Part shown: positions 1 through 11,950 of the stretch, one piece after another | Layout of the letters: each line of letters begins with the position of its first letter | How positions within the stretch are numbered: position 1 is the first letter of the stretch | DNA from: Felis catus | Lineage: Eukaryota | Length of the DNA: 64,000 bases | Reading direction: 5' to 3' | Assembly: GCF_018350175.1 (NCBI RefSeq) | Contig: NC_058371.1 | Span: 195,362,001 to 195,426,000 of the forward strand | Notes under the pieces: generated by a model | The model's database searches: none | Seen by the model: the letters and a program-made list of their open reading frames with translations, nothing else | What the model was told of the DNA's origin: nothing | Program-made: the position numbers and the translations under genes

Positions 1-39
1 AAAAAAGGTTAAAAAACATCATGTGCATTGTTTTTATTT

Positions 40-281
40 TATTATTTTTTTTAATTTTTTTTTCAACGTTTATTAATTTTTGGGACAGAGAGAGACAGAG
101 CATGAACGGGCGAGGGGCAGAGAGACAGGGAGACACAGAAACGGAAACAGGCTCCAGGCTCTGAGCCATCAGCCCAGAGCCCGACGCGGGGCTCGATCTC
201 GCGGTCCGTGAGATCTCACAGACCGCGAGATCGTGACCTGGCTGAAGTCGGCGCTTAACTGACTGCGCCACCCAGGCACCC
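40..281 (-). mobile_element. Young feline CAN-SINE (SINEC_Fc type) with an internal palindromic rearrangement
   Basis: tRNA-derived head, (CT)n tract, A/T tail; TGTTTTTATTT flanks. Confidence 0.9.
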
Positions 282-1979
282 TGTTTTTATTTTTTAAACT
301 GTTAAATGTTTGAGTTGCTTCCATGTTTGGGATACTAAGCCCTTGTCAGATACATGGCTTGCTGTTTTTGCCTTCTTCCCCCATCAATCAAACTCCAGTG
401 TCTTTCAAACCTTGGCTAAAATTCTGCCTCCTTGATAAAACTTCCAGTGACAATCATCGGTCCTTTCTCTGCCACATCCCACAGGCCGGGAAACAGTCTG
501 GATCCCCCTCAGCTTGGCTTCTCTGAGTTGCTGAGAGCAAGGCCCCACTGATAAATTCTGTTTGAACTGAAGGAAAGTAAACATGAATCTGCAGCCTGGA
601 GTAGAGATGAGGTGTGCCAGGACATTGTCTACTTAGGAAACAGCTTTACGTTGGAAATGTGGGCAAAATTCAAAACAGAAAACCCTTACAACTGGAATTC
701 CACATCCAGTTGCATTCGTGGGGAAGGAATTCTACCAACCCCTCTAAGAAACATGAATCCCCGAGGGCACAGTGAGGGAAAAGCCTTCTTGTCCGGTCCC
801 CAGACCCTCAGCCTCTCCTGAGTGAAGACATGAGTGGCCTTTCTGGGGAACCACAGAGAAAGCTACAGTCCCAATTGTCCCCGTGGGGCTGAAGACCCAA
901 GGCTTACATGACTCTGAAGGGTAATTCAAGTGAAATTGAAGAAAGTCTAAGTGTTTCAAGAGACAAGTCCCACAAGGCGAAACTTCAGCGTGCACTGCCC
1001 ACAACACACACGGAGGTACTGGGGACCCAACTCTGAGGCAGAGCAGCCAGCGATGGGCATCGTGGACAAGAACTGGACCTCATAACCACGTGGCCCCACT
1101 GTTTACCGACAGTGCAACTTTGGACAAGTTACTCAAGCTTTCTGGGCTTCACTTTCCACTTATCCAAAAATAGAGCCACGTAAGTTAACGTTGAATTCTT
1201 AACCACACCTGGATAGACACTGTGCGAATTGCTTTCCGTGCCGTATGTAACCGGATTGAATGAGTTAACGTGTTTAAAGGTCCTGGTTCAGAACGTGACA
1301 CCAGGTAAGCACTTATAACAGTGGATGGTGGTCATTGTTGCCGTGAAGACAGATATTATCCCTATAGTCTATGATCAGATGGATTGGTAGATTTTCCTTT
1401 TCTCAGAAAGTTCAAGCTCTGGCTTTGTCCCCTGCCAGCTGTATGGCCTTGGCTAAACTTCTGAAGCTTTTCAACCTCCCTGTCTCTGATCTTCCAAATG
1501 TGCCTAACAGTCTCTGCTTCCCAAGGTCTTCGGGATTCCCAGGTGGGATCTGGATGTGAAGGGTCTTGAAACAATGCATTGTGTGCATGGATGAAATTAT
1601 TGTGATTACCACCCCCCACCAATCTGCCCAACCTCACAGAAAGTGGCTGTGACTTAATGCTTAAGGGAAGAGAATATGTAGACCAGACCTCTCCATGGGT
1701 AAGTGCATAGTGGCAAGCTGTGACTCCATGCTGTATCATCCTAGAGCTCTCAGCCCTCTAAATTTAAGGCCATCGATAGGCCACACCCTAGCACGGTCAA
1801 CAGAGCAACAAGCGGGCCAATGCATTTGGCCAATCTCTCTGTCCTCCCCATACTTGTCACACCACTCTGGCTGGAAGGACGGCCAGTCTACTTAAAGGTA
1901 ATTATGATGATGATGAATGGCAGGATAGCCTCACCAAACGATGGTAGGGTGAAAGTGGAGCAATTAGAAAAGGAATTAT

Positions 1980-2194
1980 GGGACACCTGGGGGGCTCAGT
2001 CGGTTGAGCGTCCGACTTCAGCTCAGGTCATGATCTCGCGGTCCATGAGTTCAAGCCCGGGATCGGGCTCTGTGCTGACAGCTCTGAGCCTGGAGCCTGT
2101 TTCAGATTCTGTGTCTCCCTCTCTCTCTACCTCTCCCCCACTCATGCTCTGTCTCTCTCTCTCTGTCAAAAATAAATAAACATTGAAAGAAAGA
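1980..2194 (+). mobile_element. CAN-SINE
   Basis: TSD AAAGGAATTATGG at 1969-1981 and 2195-2207. Confidence 0.92.
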
Positions 2195-2981
2195 AAAGGA
2201 ATTATGGATTTTAGGGACACACAAGAAATGTGCACTTCCAGCCCCTGCTTAAGTCGTTCCCCTGTAGTCTTTCCTGAGCATGCTGTCTAAAATATCCCAC
2301 CTCTCCCCACGACTTTCTCGCTCTGTGCCTCAGTCTCCCTTTATTAAATGAAGGTAATAATTATACCTCTTTTAGGATGACAGTAAGGGTTAAATGCATC
2401 ATGCAGGTAAATGTTCACAACAGGTATGCTACATGGTGTTTCATAAATGTTAGCTTTCATCAATAGTATTAGTATTTTCATCTAATTGCTATTTTATTCT
2501 AGCCGGTATATTCTGAAAGCATTATCTTGGCTTTCCACCTCTTCTATGTGGTTGTTACCTGACTTCCCCACTAGGTCTTAACCTTTACAAGAAGGGGCCG
2601 AGGCCATCTGTGCACTAGGTGCCTAATAAATATCAGTTGGTTGGATGAATAAATGATTTAATGAGTGAATGAATAGACAGGCAACCCCCACACTCACCAG
2701 ACTCATCTCTCATATCCCAACAACATATTTGTAGAATGCAGTTTCTTATGTAAAGTTTAGGCATGAAGAACCAGTGACTCCGAAAAATCGATTTGTCCAC
2801 ATAGGAAGGTGGGTGAGCAGTTGGCTGCAAGACCCACTGATTGATCACTGATTGATTTATCCAGACTTGTGGTCATTTGTTCCACAAATATATCTTAAGT
2901 CCCTGCCCCGCACCATGCAATGGGCTCCCCAGCCCCATCCACAAGGGAAGCTGTCTTTAAATCAGGGCTGCACCCCAGTTT

Positions 2982-3200
2982 TATTTTTTTTTAATCTTTT
3001 TTTATTTATTTTTGAAGGACAGAGAGAGACAGAGCATGAGCAGGGGAGGAACAGAGAAAAAGGGAGACACAGAATCCGAAGCAGGCTCCAGGCTCTGAGC
3101 TGTCAGCACAGAGCCCGATGCGGGGCTCGAACCCACGAACTGTGAGATCATGACCTGAGACGAAGTCGGACGCTTAACCGAGTAAGCCACCCAGGCGCCC
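2982..3200 (-). mobile_element. CAN-SINE
   Basis: TSD CTGCACCCCAGTTT at 2968-2981 and 3201-3214. Confidence 0.92.
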
Positions 3201-4072
3201 CTGCACCCCAGTTTGATAATCTCAGTATACACATAGGAAAGCAAGACTCAGAACAGATCTCACAGTGAAGAGGAAACAAGGGGCCACAGTCCCCCAAGGC
3301 ACCCCCCCCCCCCGCAGCATCTGAAGCACAGCTGAGTCTTTTCTCCCTGTGACACCTGATTTCCTCATCGATGACTGTCCTAGCCAGAGCTACATCGTCC
3401 CAAGGACAAGGCCATCAGGGTTCAGCTCCATGAGCCTGCAAGTGTAGCTTTGTTTGTTCCGGTGGGGGCGGGGGAGGATGTTGATAAGCATCACCACCAT
3501 CCATGGCTTACCGTTCATTTCCTAATCAGTCATCACATTTTGTTCAAGCTCGGTGCCGACCTATCGTATTTAATGCCGTGTTCCGCAGCAAAAAGCTACT
3601 GCTGGGATTACTTAGCAAAACCCGCCAGCTTCTGTCCTTGGCTGCTGCAGCAAGCAAAAGAAACTTAGGTTTTCAGGATATTTTCCCCCTTGCGGTCTAG
3701 GGGTTTTCATTTTGTTCAGACACTGTGTCCCCCTCCTATTCCTTCTTTCCCTCCATGGTGTGAAGACAACTCAAATTATTTAAAGCAGAGCTACCTTTGG
3801 CTACTGTCTGGACCTGCTCTCCCCCCGCTAAAGCCACCCCTCATGGCACGCACACACGCACCCACATTATTAGTCAACAGAACCGTGGGACCTTGGGCCT
3901 ACATTTCATTTCTCAGCCTACATTTCATCAACTATAACATGGGGAGATCGGACTAGGTCATCCCTTCCTGTTCTGAAATTACACAATTCCAATTTTTCCA
4001 TGATTCTCAAATGATGACGATAGAGTCCCAAATTGTCTGAGATGGAAGATATGTTTAGAACTAATCCAATAT

Positions 4073-4550
4073 GGGAGCACCTGGGTGGCTTAGTCAGTTA
4101 AGAATTAAACTTCAGTGCAGGTCTTGATCTCGAAGCTTGTGAGTTCCAGCCCCCATCAGGCTCTGTGCTGACAATGGGGAGCCTGCTTGGGATTCTCTCT
4201 CTCTGTGTCTCTCTCTGTCTCTCTCTCTCCCTCTCAAAATAAACAAATAAACATAAAAAAAGAAAGAAAGAAAAGAAAGAAAGAAGGAAAGAAAGAGAGG
4301 AAGGAAGAAAGAGAGAAAGAAAGACTCCATGGGGCACCTGGGTGGCTCAGTTGGTTGAGTATCCGACTTCGGCTCAGGTCATGATCTGGCAGTTTGTGAG
4401 TTCGAGCCTTGCACCGGGCTTTGTGCTGACAGCTCAGAGCCTGGAACCTGTTTCCGATTCTGTGTCTCCCTCTGTCTCTGCCCCTTCCCCACTCGTGCTC
4501 TCTGTCTCTCAAAAATAAACATTAAAAACAAGAAAAAGAAAAAAAGAAAG
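4073..4550 (+). mobile_element. Two tandem CAN-SINEs (4073-4323 with expanded GAAA tail; 4331-4550)
   Basis: Outer TSD AATCCAATATGG at 4063-4074 and 4551-4562. Confidence 0.9.
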
Positions 4551-4559
4551 AATCCAATA

Positions 4560-5015
4560 TGGCATCCTTGTACTTCAATCATTTTAGTGCCGTTTCATTA
4601 TTTGCCACATCTGCATACCACCTATCCTATGATTTACCCAACTATTTTTCTTCAAGTTGACTTTATTTCTTAAAGGCACGTATTTTAAAGGGACGACTTA
4701 CCACTACCATAGACCGAAAACCGTAATCACTTGCCGTAAATAGAATCATAACTAAAGGAAAGTAAAACAAGCAAAGAAAATTCTAGCTGGGTAGATTGCC
4801 CGCCCAAGGACACCAGCCAGTCGCGTGCACCTCTCTGTTGAAATGGCAGCATGGCTAGTGTCGAAAGGTTACTGATGTCATGCTTGCACAAAAGGCGATT
4901 TCTCCTGGCCCTGCTCCACCTTGAAAAGGGCCACAGCTCTCTCCCAAGCTGTGCTGGTGTACTATTCATCACAGAGCCTGGACGCGGCACCACCCAAGAT
5001 CAATCTCACGTACTT
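4560..5015 (-). mobile_element. Probable hAT-Charlie-type non-autonomous DNA transposon remnant
   Basis: Minus strand CCCAAAGTGAAGTACGTG...AAGTCAACTTGAAGAAAAATA...GGTGGTATGCAGATGTGGCAAA resembles recalled Charlie/MER consensus; subfamily uncertain. Confidence 0.4.
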
Positions 5016-6182
5016 CACTTTGGGTGAAATGTCTTCACTGTTGGTCTTTGCCCACCATTACACTTAGTTCGTGCAACGTTCCAAGGCGTCTGTGTCTGCG
5101 ACTCGCCCACCTCCTTCACCTGCGGGCACTGCCAGGGAGCAGGGATGAGGAAGCAGAAGCAGTTCAAAACACGCACTCCCTCACGAGCACGAAACGCTCC
5201 ACAACAGATTGCAAATGGTGCACCGCCTTCTCTGGCGCTTCCCCAAGTCCGAGGCTCCGGGGGTCTCTGACCTTGGGCCGTTCAACGTTGCTGCCCTTTT
5301 GAAAGGAATCGCCGCCAGTGCACCACCAAGAACAGCTTCCACTATCTGGGGAGCCCCTGGGGTGGCTTCCCTTTCCCCCTTTCCTCTTTCTAGAGACACC
5401 AAGAGGAGGAGGGAGAACAGGATAGAGACTGGGGGGCAGAGGCAGGAAGGAGAACACAGGGGAGGCACTGCCTTCATTTATTTAGATGGCGCGGGGAAAA
5501 GACACTCCGGTGTTTCCTCCTTGGACGCAGTCTGGCATCCGCTTCCGGTTCTGTCCTTTCTCGGCAGCATAGACTTGGGTAAGTTTCTCCCTCCTGAGCT
5601 TCGATCTCCTTTTTTGCAAAATGGCTCTGAACGCACATACTTCTGTGGTGAAGACGTCAGGAGTTCTGGCGCGTACGGGGCCAGGCAGGCACAGATAAAC
5701 ACTCGTTCTGTTCCTCTTTCCGTTATTCTTAACTTTGGCACCATTTCTGGAGATCCAAAATACGCCCTCTCTATATCGGTTTGTTTGTTGTGCCTTCCAA
5801 ATCCTGGGTCTCGTCTACAAAGTAAAACAAAGTGAGAGAGAGAGAGCACGTGCTGTGCATTCTCATAATTTAAGGGTTTTCTCCTACGGCCTGATGATGG
5901 AAAGGGATGGGTGGGGGCCAAGTGGCTCGACAAGGGAGCAGAGAAGAGGGAAGAAAGACTTTACACCAGCAAGCCCAATAATCAGTCAGCCCCATTTGAA
6001 TAATCAGCAGCAGCCTGCTGGAAGCTCCAAGTCCCCAAAAGGTTTTCGGGATGAGAGAGTAACACCATGAATCTAGAAAATGTGGTGCGTTTTGTGCATA
6101 GATTTGAATTAGAGGATTCGCGGTTGGTTTTGCATCTCAAGTCGGGGAGGTAGACGGAGGCATAAAGAAAAACAGAGAAACA

Positions 6183-6197
6183 CTGCCCCCTGCTGTC
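6183..6197 (-). promoter_or_regulatory. Candidate CTCF site
   Basis: Minus strand GACAGCAGGGGGCAG, close to the CCASYAGRKGGCRS core; motif match only. Confidence 0.5.
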
Positions 6198-7844
6198 GAT
6201 ACGGTAAATAGCAGCATCGATGTAAAAAATTTCCACTCACGCCCTAAATATTTGCAAAGGATTCTCTATGTGCGGATATTTGAATTTTGCGGAATGCCTT
6301 CTTCCATCTGAAGCTATCCCTCAAAGGTTGCGAAAGTGATCATAGGACAGAGGCCTGCTTTCCAATGATTATATTTTCACCGGACATTTTGCTGTTTCTT
6401 GATCTGAACAGGAAATGCATTGACATGATTTTTAAATCAGAGCACTATAAAGAAAAGTTATAAATTGAAAAAGGCCCCATCTTGTGGATGCCCTCCTTAC
6501 CCATGCCCAGATGCTTTTATTCGATCTTTTATGTAAATATAAGCAAGTGTGGCTGTATAATCTTTTCTTCCTTCTTTCTCATAAAATAGGTACCTACTCA
6601 CCACTGTTCCACATACTGCTTTTGTCACTGAACACCATATCTCAGAGATGTAAGCTTCCTTGTTCTTTTTCTCACTGAGCATTTCAAATATGGGGGCAAA
6701 AACATACACTGCCAGTTGGCAAACCATACACGTTGGTAGAATTACCACAAAATGTGAGTGATTTAAAATGGTTGGTATAGACATAACCTTCGGCCCACAT
6801 CACCCACAGGCGAACACGGTCCATATTGTCCTTGGTAATAAACTTGTCGCCTGCTTAGATTTGCATCCTGGTGCTCCTGCCAATGAGCGTCTCTCACCTT
6901 GGTGCCCACTGTGTTCCACGCCAGAAGAGAGCTTTGTCGCTACTGAACTTTACAAGCTGGCGCTCAGAACTGAAACGGCTTTATGCACCAAGATTTCTAT
7001 TAAAAACCCAGGGTGAAGAAGAAAGCCTTTCGCTTCAGCTGAAAGGCTCTCGTAAAGGGCAAAATGGGAAATACAAACACCACTGCCTTTTTGCTGGTTG
7101 GATACCACGGCCATCAGCACCTCCTGAACGTAGCAGTGGCAGCCGGCTTTGGCTTGTCGTGTTCGAAACAGAAAACGGTGCCTCCAGTGCAGACAGCAAG
7201 GCAGTGAGACTGTCAAGGTCAAAGAAAAACCCAGTTATCTATAACAAACACTGACCGTACAATTAAATTATACCGGTCGGAAAAACGTTTGATCCCCTAC
7301 AACTGGCCTTTCCAGAAAATGCACCCGCAGATCAGTCTGTGCAACTGATCAGCATCCAGCAGACCAATTTCCTTTTGTCATCCTGCATCCTGCGACATGT
7401 CACTAGTAAATTCGTTGGTGCCCACCCACATTTCCTTGGTCCCACCCCGGAGGCCACCGGCAGCTTCAGTGGGAGTTCCCACGAGCACACGGATATCTTA
7501 TCATCAAGGAATTGCTTCTCTCCACCCAAGGGCTTTTTCTGTCTACAGAAGTGTGCCCTGGACAGTCCAGGCACGCAAGGCAGGACAGAAGTGCCAGGAC
7601 ATTAGGGTCCCCATACAGCAACGCTCAACCAATGACAGATGGAAATTGGTAGATACATACCATAAATATCCAGGCCCCTTGCCTCTTGCTCGAGCAACGT
7701 TCAAGTGTGTGGTACCCAGACTCTCAGAGGGACACCAGTACAGTTGAGCGCCAAGAGCCCACAGTAGTGAGCCACTCGTTAACACATCCTTTATTGGCTT
7801 TCTTCCTTCTCCATTCTCTTGCTTTCTTCCTAGGATCACCTCCT

Positions 7845-8540
7845 ATGACAATCTGGATCCAAACAGGAGACAGAGACCACAAACTAACTCAAACAGAGCA
7901 CGCTTAGTACAAAGAACCATTAACTGTGATAGAGTAACTGTCAGATACAAGAAAACTCTAGAAAGGCGCCCTGTGGCTTAGGACGGGTACCCATGGAAGA
8001 ACCAAACTTGTGAGGGGTCCAGACATCTTTGGAGGTGTAACTCTGCCCACTGGATAGCAGAGAGGTCTGCTGCTTTGGCCAGGCTGGGGCTGGTCCAGAG
8101 GCGCTGTAAGTACAAGAGACCACACTCCAGAGAGCGTGTGAGAAAGCGGACAACCAGCGACCAACCTTAGGGTGTGGAGTCGGGAAGCCAACAGGGCCAG
8201 GAGTCCTTCAGAGAATACGTCTATGTCCCAGGCTCTGGCTTCTGCGTTGAGGGGCCTGCACAAATGTCATCACCACCTTTGCCACGTTGCCAAAGGACCA
8301 CATTGTGGCCCGTGGCTGAGGGGGGACCCACTGAATGTCCTCACACCCGTACAGTTGAGCCCCCTCTGGTACAAAAATGGCAGGAGACCTTCCTCTTCTG
8401 CAACAGCCCTCCAGCGCCCTCTACTGAGAAGCTTGACTCCGTGCTCACATAAAATGGAAATACTTAAGCGAATTCCGTTATCACAGAGCATAGATTGAAG
8501 GGCTGCCTCAGAGCTGAGAGCAATAAGTTAATCACACAGA
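7845..8540 (-). mobile_element. LTR41-like LTR nested in the ERVL LTR
   Basis: Flanked by CTCCT direct repeats (7840-7844, 8541-8545); minus strand begins TGTGTGATTAACTTATTGCTCTCAGCTC and contains TCAGTAGAGGGCGCTGG as in the recalled LTR41 consensus. Confidence 0.55.
8411..8427 (-). promoter_or_regulatory. Candidate CTCF site inside the LTR41-like element
   Basis: Minus strand TCAGTAGAGGGCGCTGG; motif match only. Confidence 0.5.
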
Positions 8541-8949
8541 CTCCTCCCAAATAAACTACTTGCATCCATATCCTTGTCTCAGGGTCTGCTCTTAAAAGAG
8601 CCCAAATCAGACTTGATTTCAATCTTGGCGCTGTGACCTCGAGGAAGGAACTTAGCGGCTTACAGTCCTCACTTTCCCAATTGGTAAACGGAGGTAATAA
8701 TAAACAATATCCACCTCACGAGGTGTCGAGAGAATGAAAAAATAAACCACATGCAACTCATCCGAAACAAAACAAGGGCTTAAAGATGTCATTATCTGTC
8801 TTCCTCCTTTTCAATCCAAATTGCAGCCCTAAGGTTTCTTCTTAGTTGTCAGGATGCTCAGAGATGCCCAGCCCAAGACGTTTTTGTTCATGAACGTGCC
8901 TCAAGACAGCTTTCGTGGGGAAGGGTTTAGAAGGACTGGAAAAGGAATC

Positions 8950-9283
8950 TTTTTTTAATGTTTATTCATTTTTGAGAGACAGAGCGGGGGGGTTGGGCAG
9001 AGAGAAGGAGACACAGAATCCGAAGCAGGCTCCAGGCTCCGAGCTGTCAGCCCAGAACCCGATGCGGGGCTCGAACTCACAAACTTCGAGATCATGACCT
9101 GAGCCAAAATCAGACGCTTAACCAACTGAGCCACCCAGCTGCCACCCAGAATTCTCTTGAGAGAATCCTAAGCAGGGCTTAGCGTTTGAATCCAATGCCA
9201 ATTCTCCAGTTCCAACCCTGAGATCATGACCTGAGCTGAAATCAAGAGACAGATGCTTAACCCACTGGGCCACCCAGGCACCC
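8950..9283 (-). mobile_element. Two adjacent/nested CAN-SINEs
   Basis: Two head segments (GAGATCATGACCTGAGC...GCCACCCAG) at ~9087-9147 and ~9219-9283. Confidence 0.8.
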
Positions 9284-9552
9284 CAAGGTAAATGTTATTT
9301 TTAATCTCAACTTCCCAAATGATGAAACAGAAACTCAGAAAGATGAAGCAATTTGCCTAGGATCAGAACTAGGATTTGAACCCAAGTCGACTTGACTCAA
9401 AGACCCAGCTCTAGCCGCAACTGTGGACAGAAGACCAAGGACATTTAGACCAAGGAGTCACAAGACTGTGGTCCACGCCTAGCTTCCAAGTCCCTGTATG
9501 GTCGGGGAAATCCCAAGATTTCCCCATCTGTCAAATGAGGGTGTTGAATGAG

Positions 9553-10495
9553 AACCGTGGTTCACATGGGGGTAGTCCCAAAGATATTTTGGAAATTTGG
9601 GGGGGATGGTTGGTATTGTGATAAGAGGGCCCCGACTGGCATTTCATGGTTGAGGACCACAAAGAGTAGACACTCTATGTGATGCTTGGGACAGTGCTGT
9701 TCAATTCAGAATATGTGTCATGCCACAGAATGTTCCAGTAGTTGATGAAGTTACCTGAACCTAGACCCCAGCTCCATTTTACATAGAGCAAGCATTCTCG
9801 CACAGTTTTAATAGACAGTGACTTTTCCAGAACCGATCAAAGGAAGATTGCACTTTCCTTTATTAGAAATATTACCAAGAGCGGGTCACCATTTGGAAAA
9901 TCACATCACCAACAACAGTGCGATTCAAGGCAGGAGTTAAAAGGCCATCAGATGTCTCTCACTTCATTCTGCATTTGTACTGATCACATGTGTAGTTGTG
10001 TCTGTGTGTCTCATTGTGTCCTTCTGAGGCAGTCATCCTCAGGCATTTGTATACTGAAATTCTCATTACCTTACTATGAATTATTTTCTTTTATTTTTTT
10101 CCTTTGAAGAATAGTTAGAACATCATATTGATTAAAAAGAACATACATGTGTAGACAAGCTGTAATATCTATGAACTTCATTTCCAGATAAATAAAAAGG
10201 CATTATAGAATATTTGTTTTAGAGGCTCCTGGATGGCTCAATTGGTTAAGCAATCTGACTTCAGCTCAGGTCATGATCTCGTGGTTCGTGGGTTCAAGCC
10301 CTGCATCGGGCTCTGTGCTGAGAGCCTGGAACCTGCTTCGGATTCTGCGTCTCCCTTTCTCTCTGCCCTCCCCTGCTTGCACTTTTTCCGTCTCAAAAAT
10401 AAATAAACATTTAATGAATTAATTACTAATTAAATATTTGGTTTAAAAGGGGGGCTCTGGGCACAGGGAGAGAGGTTCTGACCTCTCTGTTCACT
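9553..10495 (+). mobile_element. MER20B-like DNA transposon fossil interrupted by a SINE
   Basis: MER20-like 5' part (...GACTGGCATTTCATGGTTGAGGACC...GGGACAGTG...) and AAAAGGGGGGCTCTGGG...GAGGTTCTGACC 3' part. Confidence 0.45.
10222..10430 (+). mobile_element. CAN-SINE
   Basis: Head-to-tail structure; TSD-like AATATTTGTTTTA / AATATTTGGTTTA. Confidence 0.88.
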
Positions 10496-10699
10496 GAAAC
10501 AGGACAGCCCCAATACAAAGGCAAAAAGCAAAATGCACAATATGTAAATATTTTCATGTACTCAAAGACAACCCATTAGCACCAACTCAAAGCCAGAAAC
10601 TGCTCTGGGTTCCAGGGATGCAGCATAGACGGAAAAGACCTAAGTCCGTGACTTTATGGAGCTTCCACTGGAAAAAGCAAAGGCTCATATCGACTGAAG

Positions 10700-11190
10700 T
10701 TAAATAGTCACCCAACCCGTGGTCCAGTAATTCCATTAGTAGTCACACACTCAAGGGAATTAGGGTATATGTTCACCCAAAGACGTTATGAGAAAGCTGA
10801 CGGCAGCTTTATTCATAATAAGCAAAAACTGAAAACAACCCAAACGTCCCTCAAGAGAAGAACAGATAAATTATGGTGTTTTTGTACAACGGATAAAAAA
10901 AAAAAAGATAAAGTACTAATACGACATGATAAATCTCAGAGACATTATGTTAAAGAAGCAAGACACAAAAGCAAAATTATGAAATGCCATTTTTATGAAA
11001 ATAAAGAACAGTCAAAATTAATCACTGATGGTAAGTATCAGAATAGTGGTTATCTCTAAGTGAAAAGGTTTTCACTGGGCAAGCACACAAGGGAACCTTC
11101 CAGAAAGGTGAGAAAGTTCTGTGTCTTAATCCAAGTGATGGTTCTACAAGCTGAACACCTAAGATTAGTGCACTTTGGCAAACCTTGAAG
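10700..11190 (+). mobile_element. Ancient L1ME-like 3' fragment
   Basis: Degenerate L1 3' motifs (...GCAGCTTTATTCATAATAAGCAAAAACTGAAAACAACCCAAACGTCC...). Confidence 0.6.
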
Positions 11191-11209
11191 TACTTAATTT
11201 TACCTCAGG

Positions 11210-11427
11210 TTTTTTTTTTTTTTTCAGTTTATTTATTTATTTTGAGAGAAACAGAGATGAGGCAAGTGGGGGAGGGGCAGAGAGAGAGGAAGAGAGAGAA
11301 TCCCAGGCGGGTTCTGCACTGGCAGTGCAGAGCCCAACGTGGGGCTTGAACCCGCGAAACCGTGAGATCAGACCTGAGCTGAAACAAAGACTCAGATGCT
11401 TAACCAACCGAGCCACCCAGACACCCC
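11210..11427 (-). mobile_element. CAN-SINE
   Basis: Poly-T tail, (GA)n tract and head on the minus strand. Confidence 0.88.
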
Positions 11428-11499
11428 ATTATCTCAGGTCTTTTAAAGGACTCTATTTGAACACCCCAATTTACCAAGTTAGTAACTGCAAATAAAAGG

Positions 11500-11950
11500 C
11501 CTCTGGAATCAGAGAGATCTAGGATCAAATCTCATTTCCACCACTCCCTACATTGTGAGACCTGGAGGCTCGTACTCGGCTTGGCTGAGCCTTCATTTCC
11601 TCACTTATAGAATGAGGACGGGGCGCCTGGGTGGCTCGGTCGGTTAAGCGTCCGACTTCGGCTCAGGTCATGATCTCACGGTCCATGAGTTCGAGCCCCG
11701 CGTCGGACTCTGTGCTGACGGCTCAGAGTCTGGAGCCTGCTTCAGATTCTGTGTCTCCCTCTCTCTCTGCCTCTCTCCTGTTCATGCTCTGTCTCTCTCT
11801 GTCTCAAAAATAAATAAACATTAAAAAAAATTATTAAAAAAATAGAATGAGGACAATAACTCAATCCTCTCCAGTTTGCTGAGAGGGTTCGAGACATGAC
11901 ACCTGTAAAAGCACCTACCTACCACTGTCCTTGTGCTCAATAGCTATTCA
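11500..11950 (+). mobile_element. MIR split by a CAN-SINE; other MIR-like remnants near 1090-1320, 2280-2460, 8610-8790, 12280-12510, 17500-17660, 29930-30030, 52260-52420
   Basis: MIR core motifs such as GAGCCTTCATTTCCTCACTTATAGAATGAGGAC...AATAAC. Confidence 0.55.
11620..11841 (+). mobile_element. CAN-SINE inserted in a MIR
   Basis: TSD ATAGAATGAGGAC at 11607-11619 and 11842-11854. Confidence 0.93.

Larger units (their letters stand above)
7530..8612 (+). mobile_element. ERVL-type LTR (LTR16/LTR33-like) split by a second LTR
   Basis: The halves rejoin as GGATCACCTCC|CAAATAAACTACTTGCATCCATATCCTTGTCTCAGGGTCTGC, a characteristic ERVL-LTR 3' end (recalled). Confidence 0.55.

Noticed and set aside
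1980-2060. tRNA-like heads with A/B boxes
   Set aside because: They are the tRNA-derived heads of CAN-SINEs; no stand-alone tRNA gene was seen.
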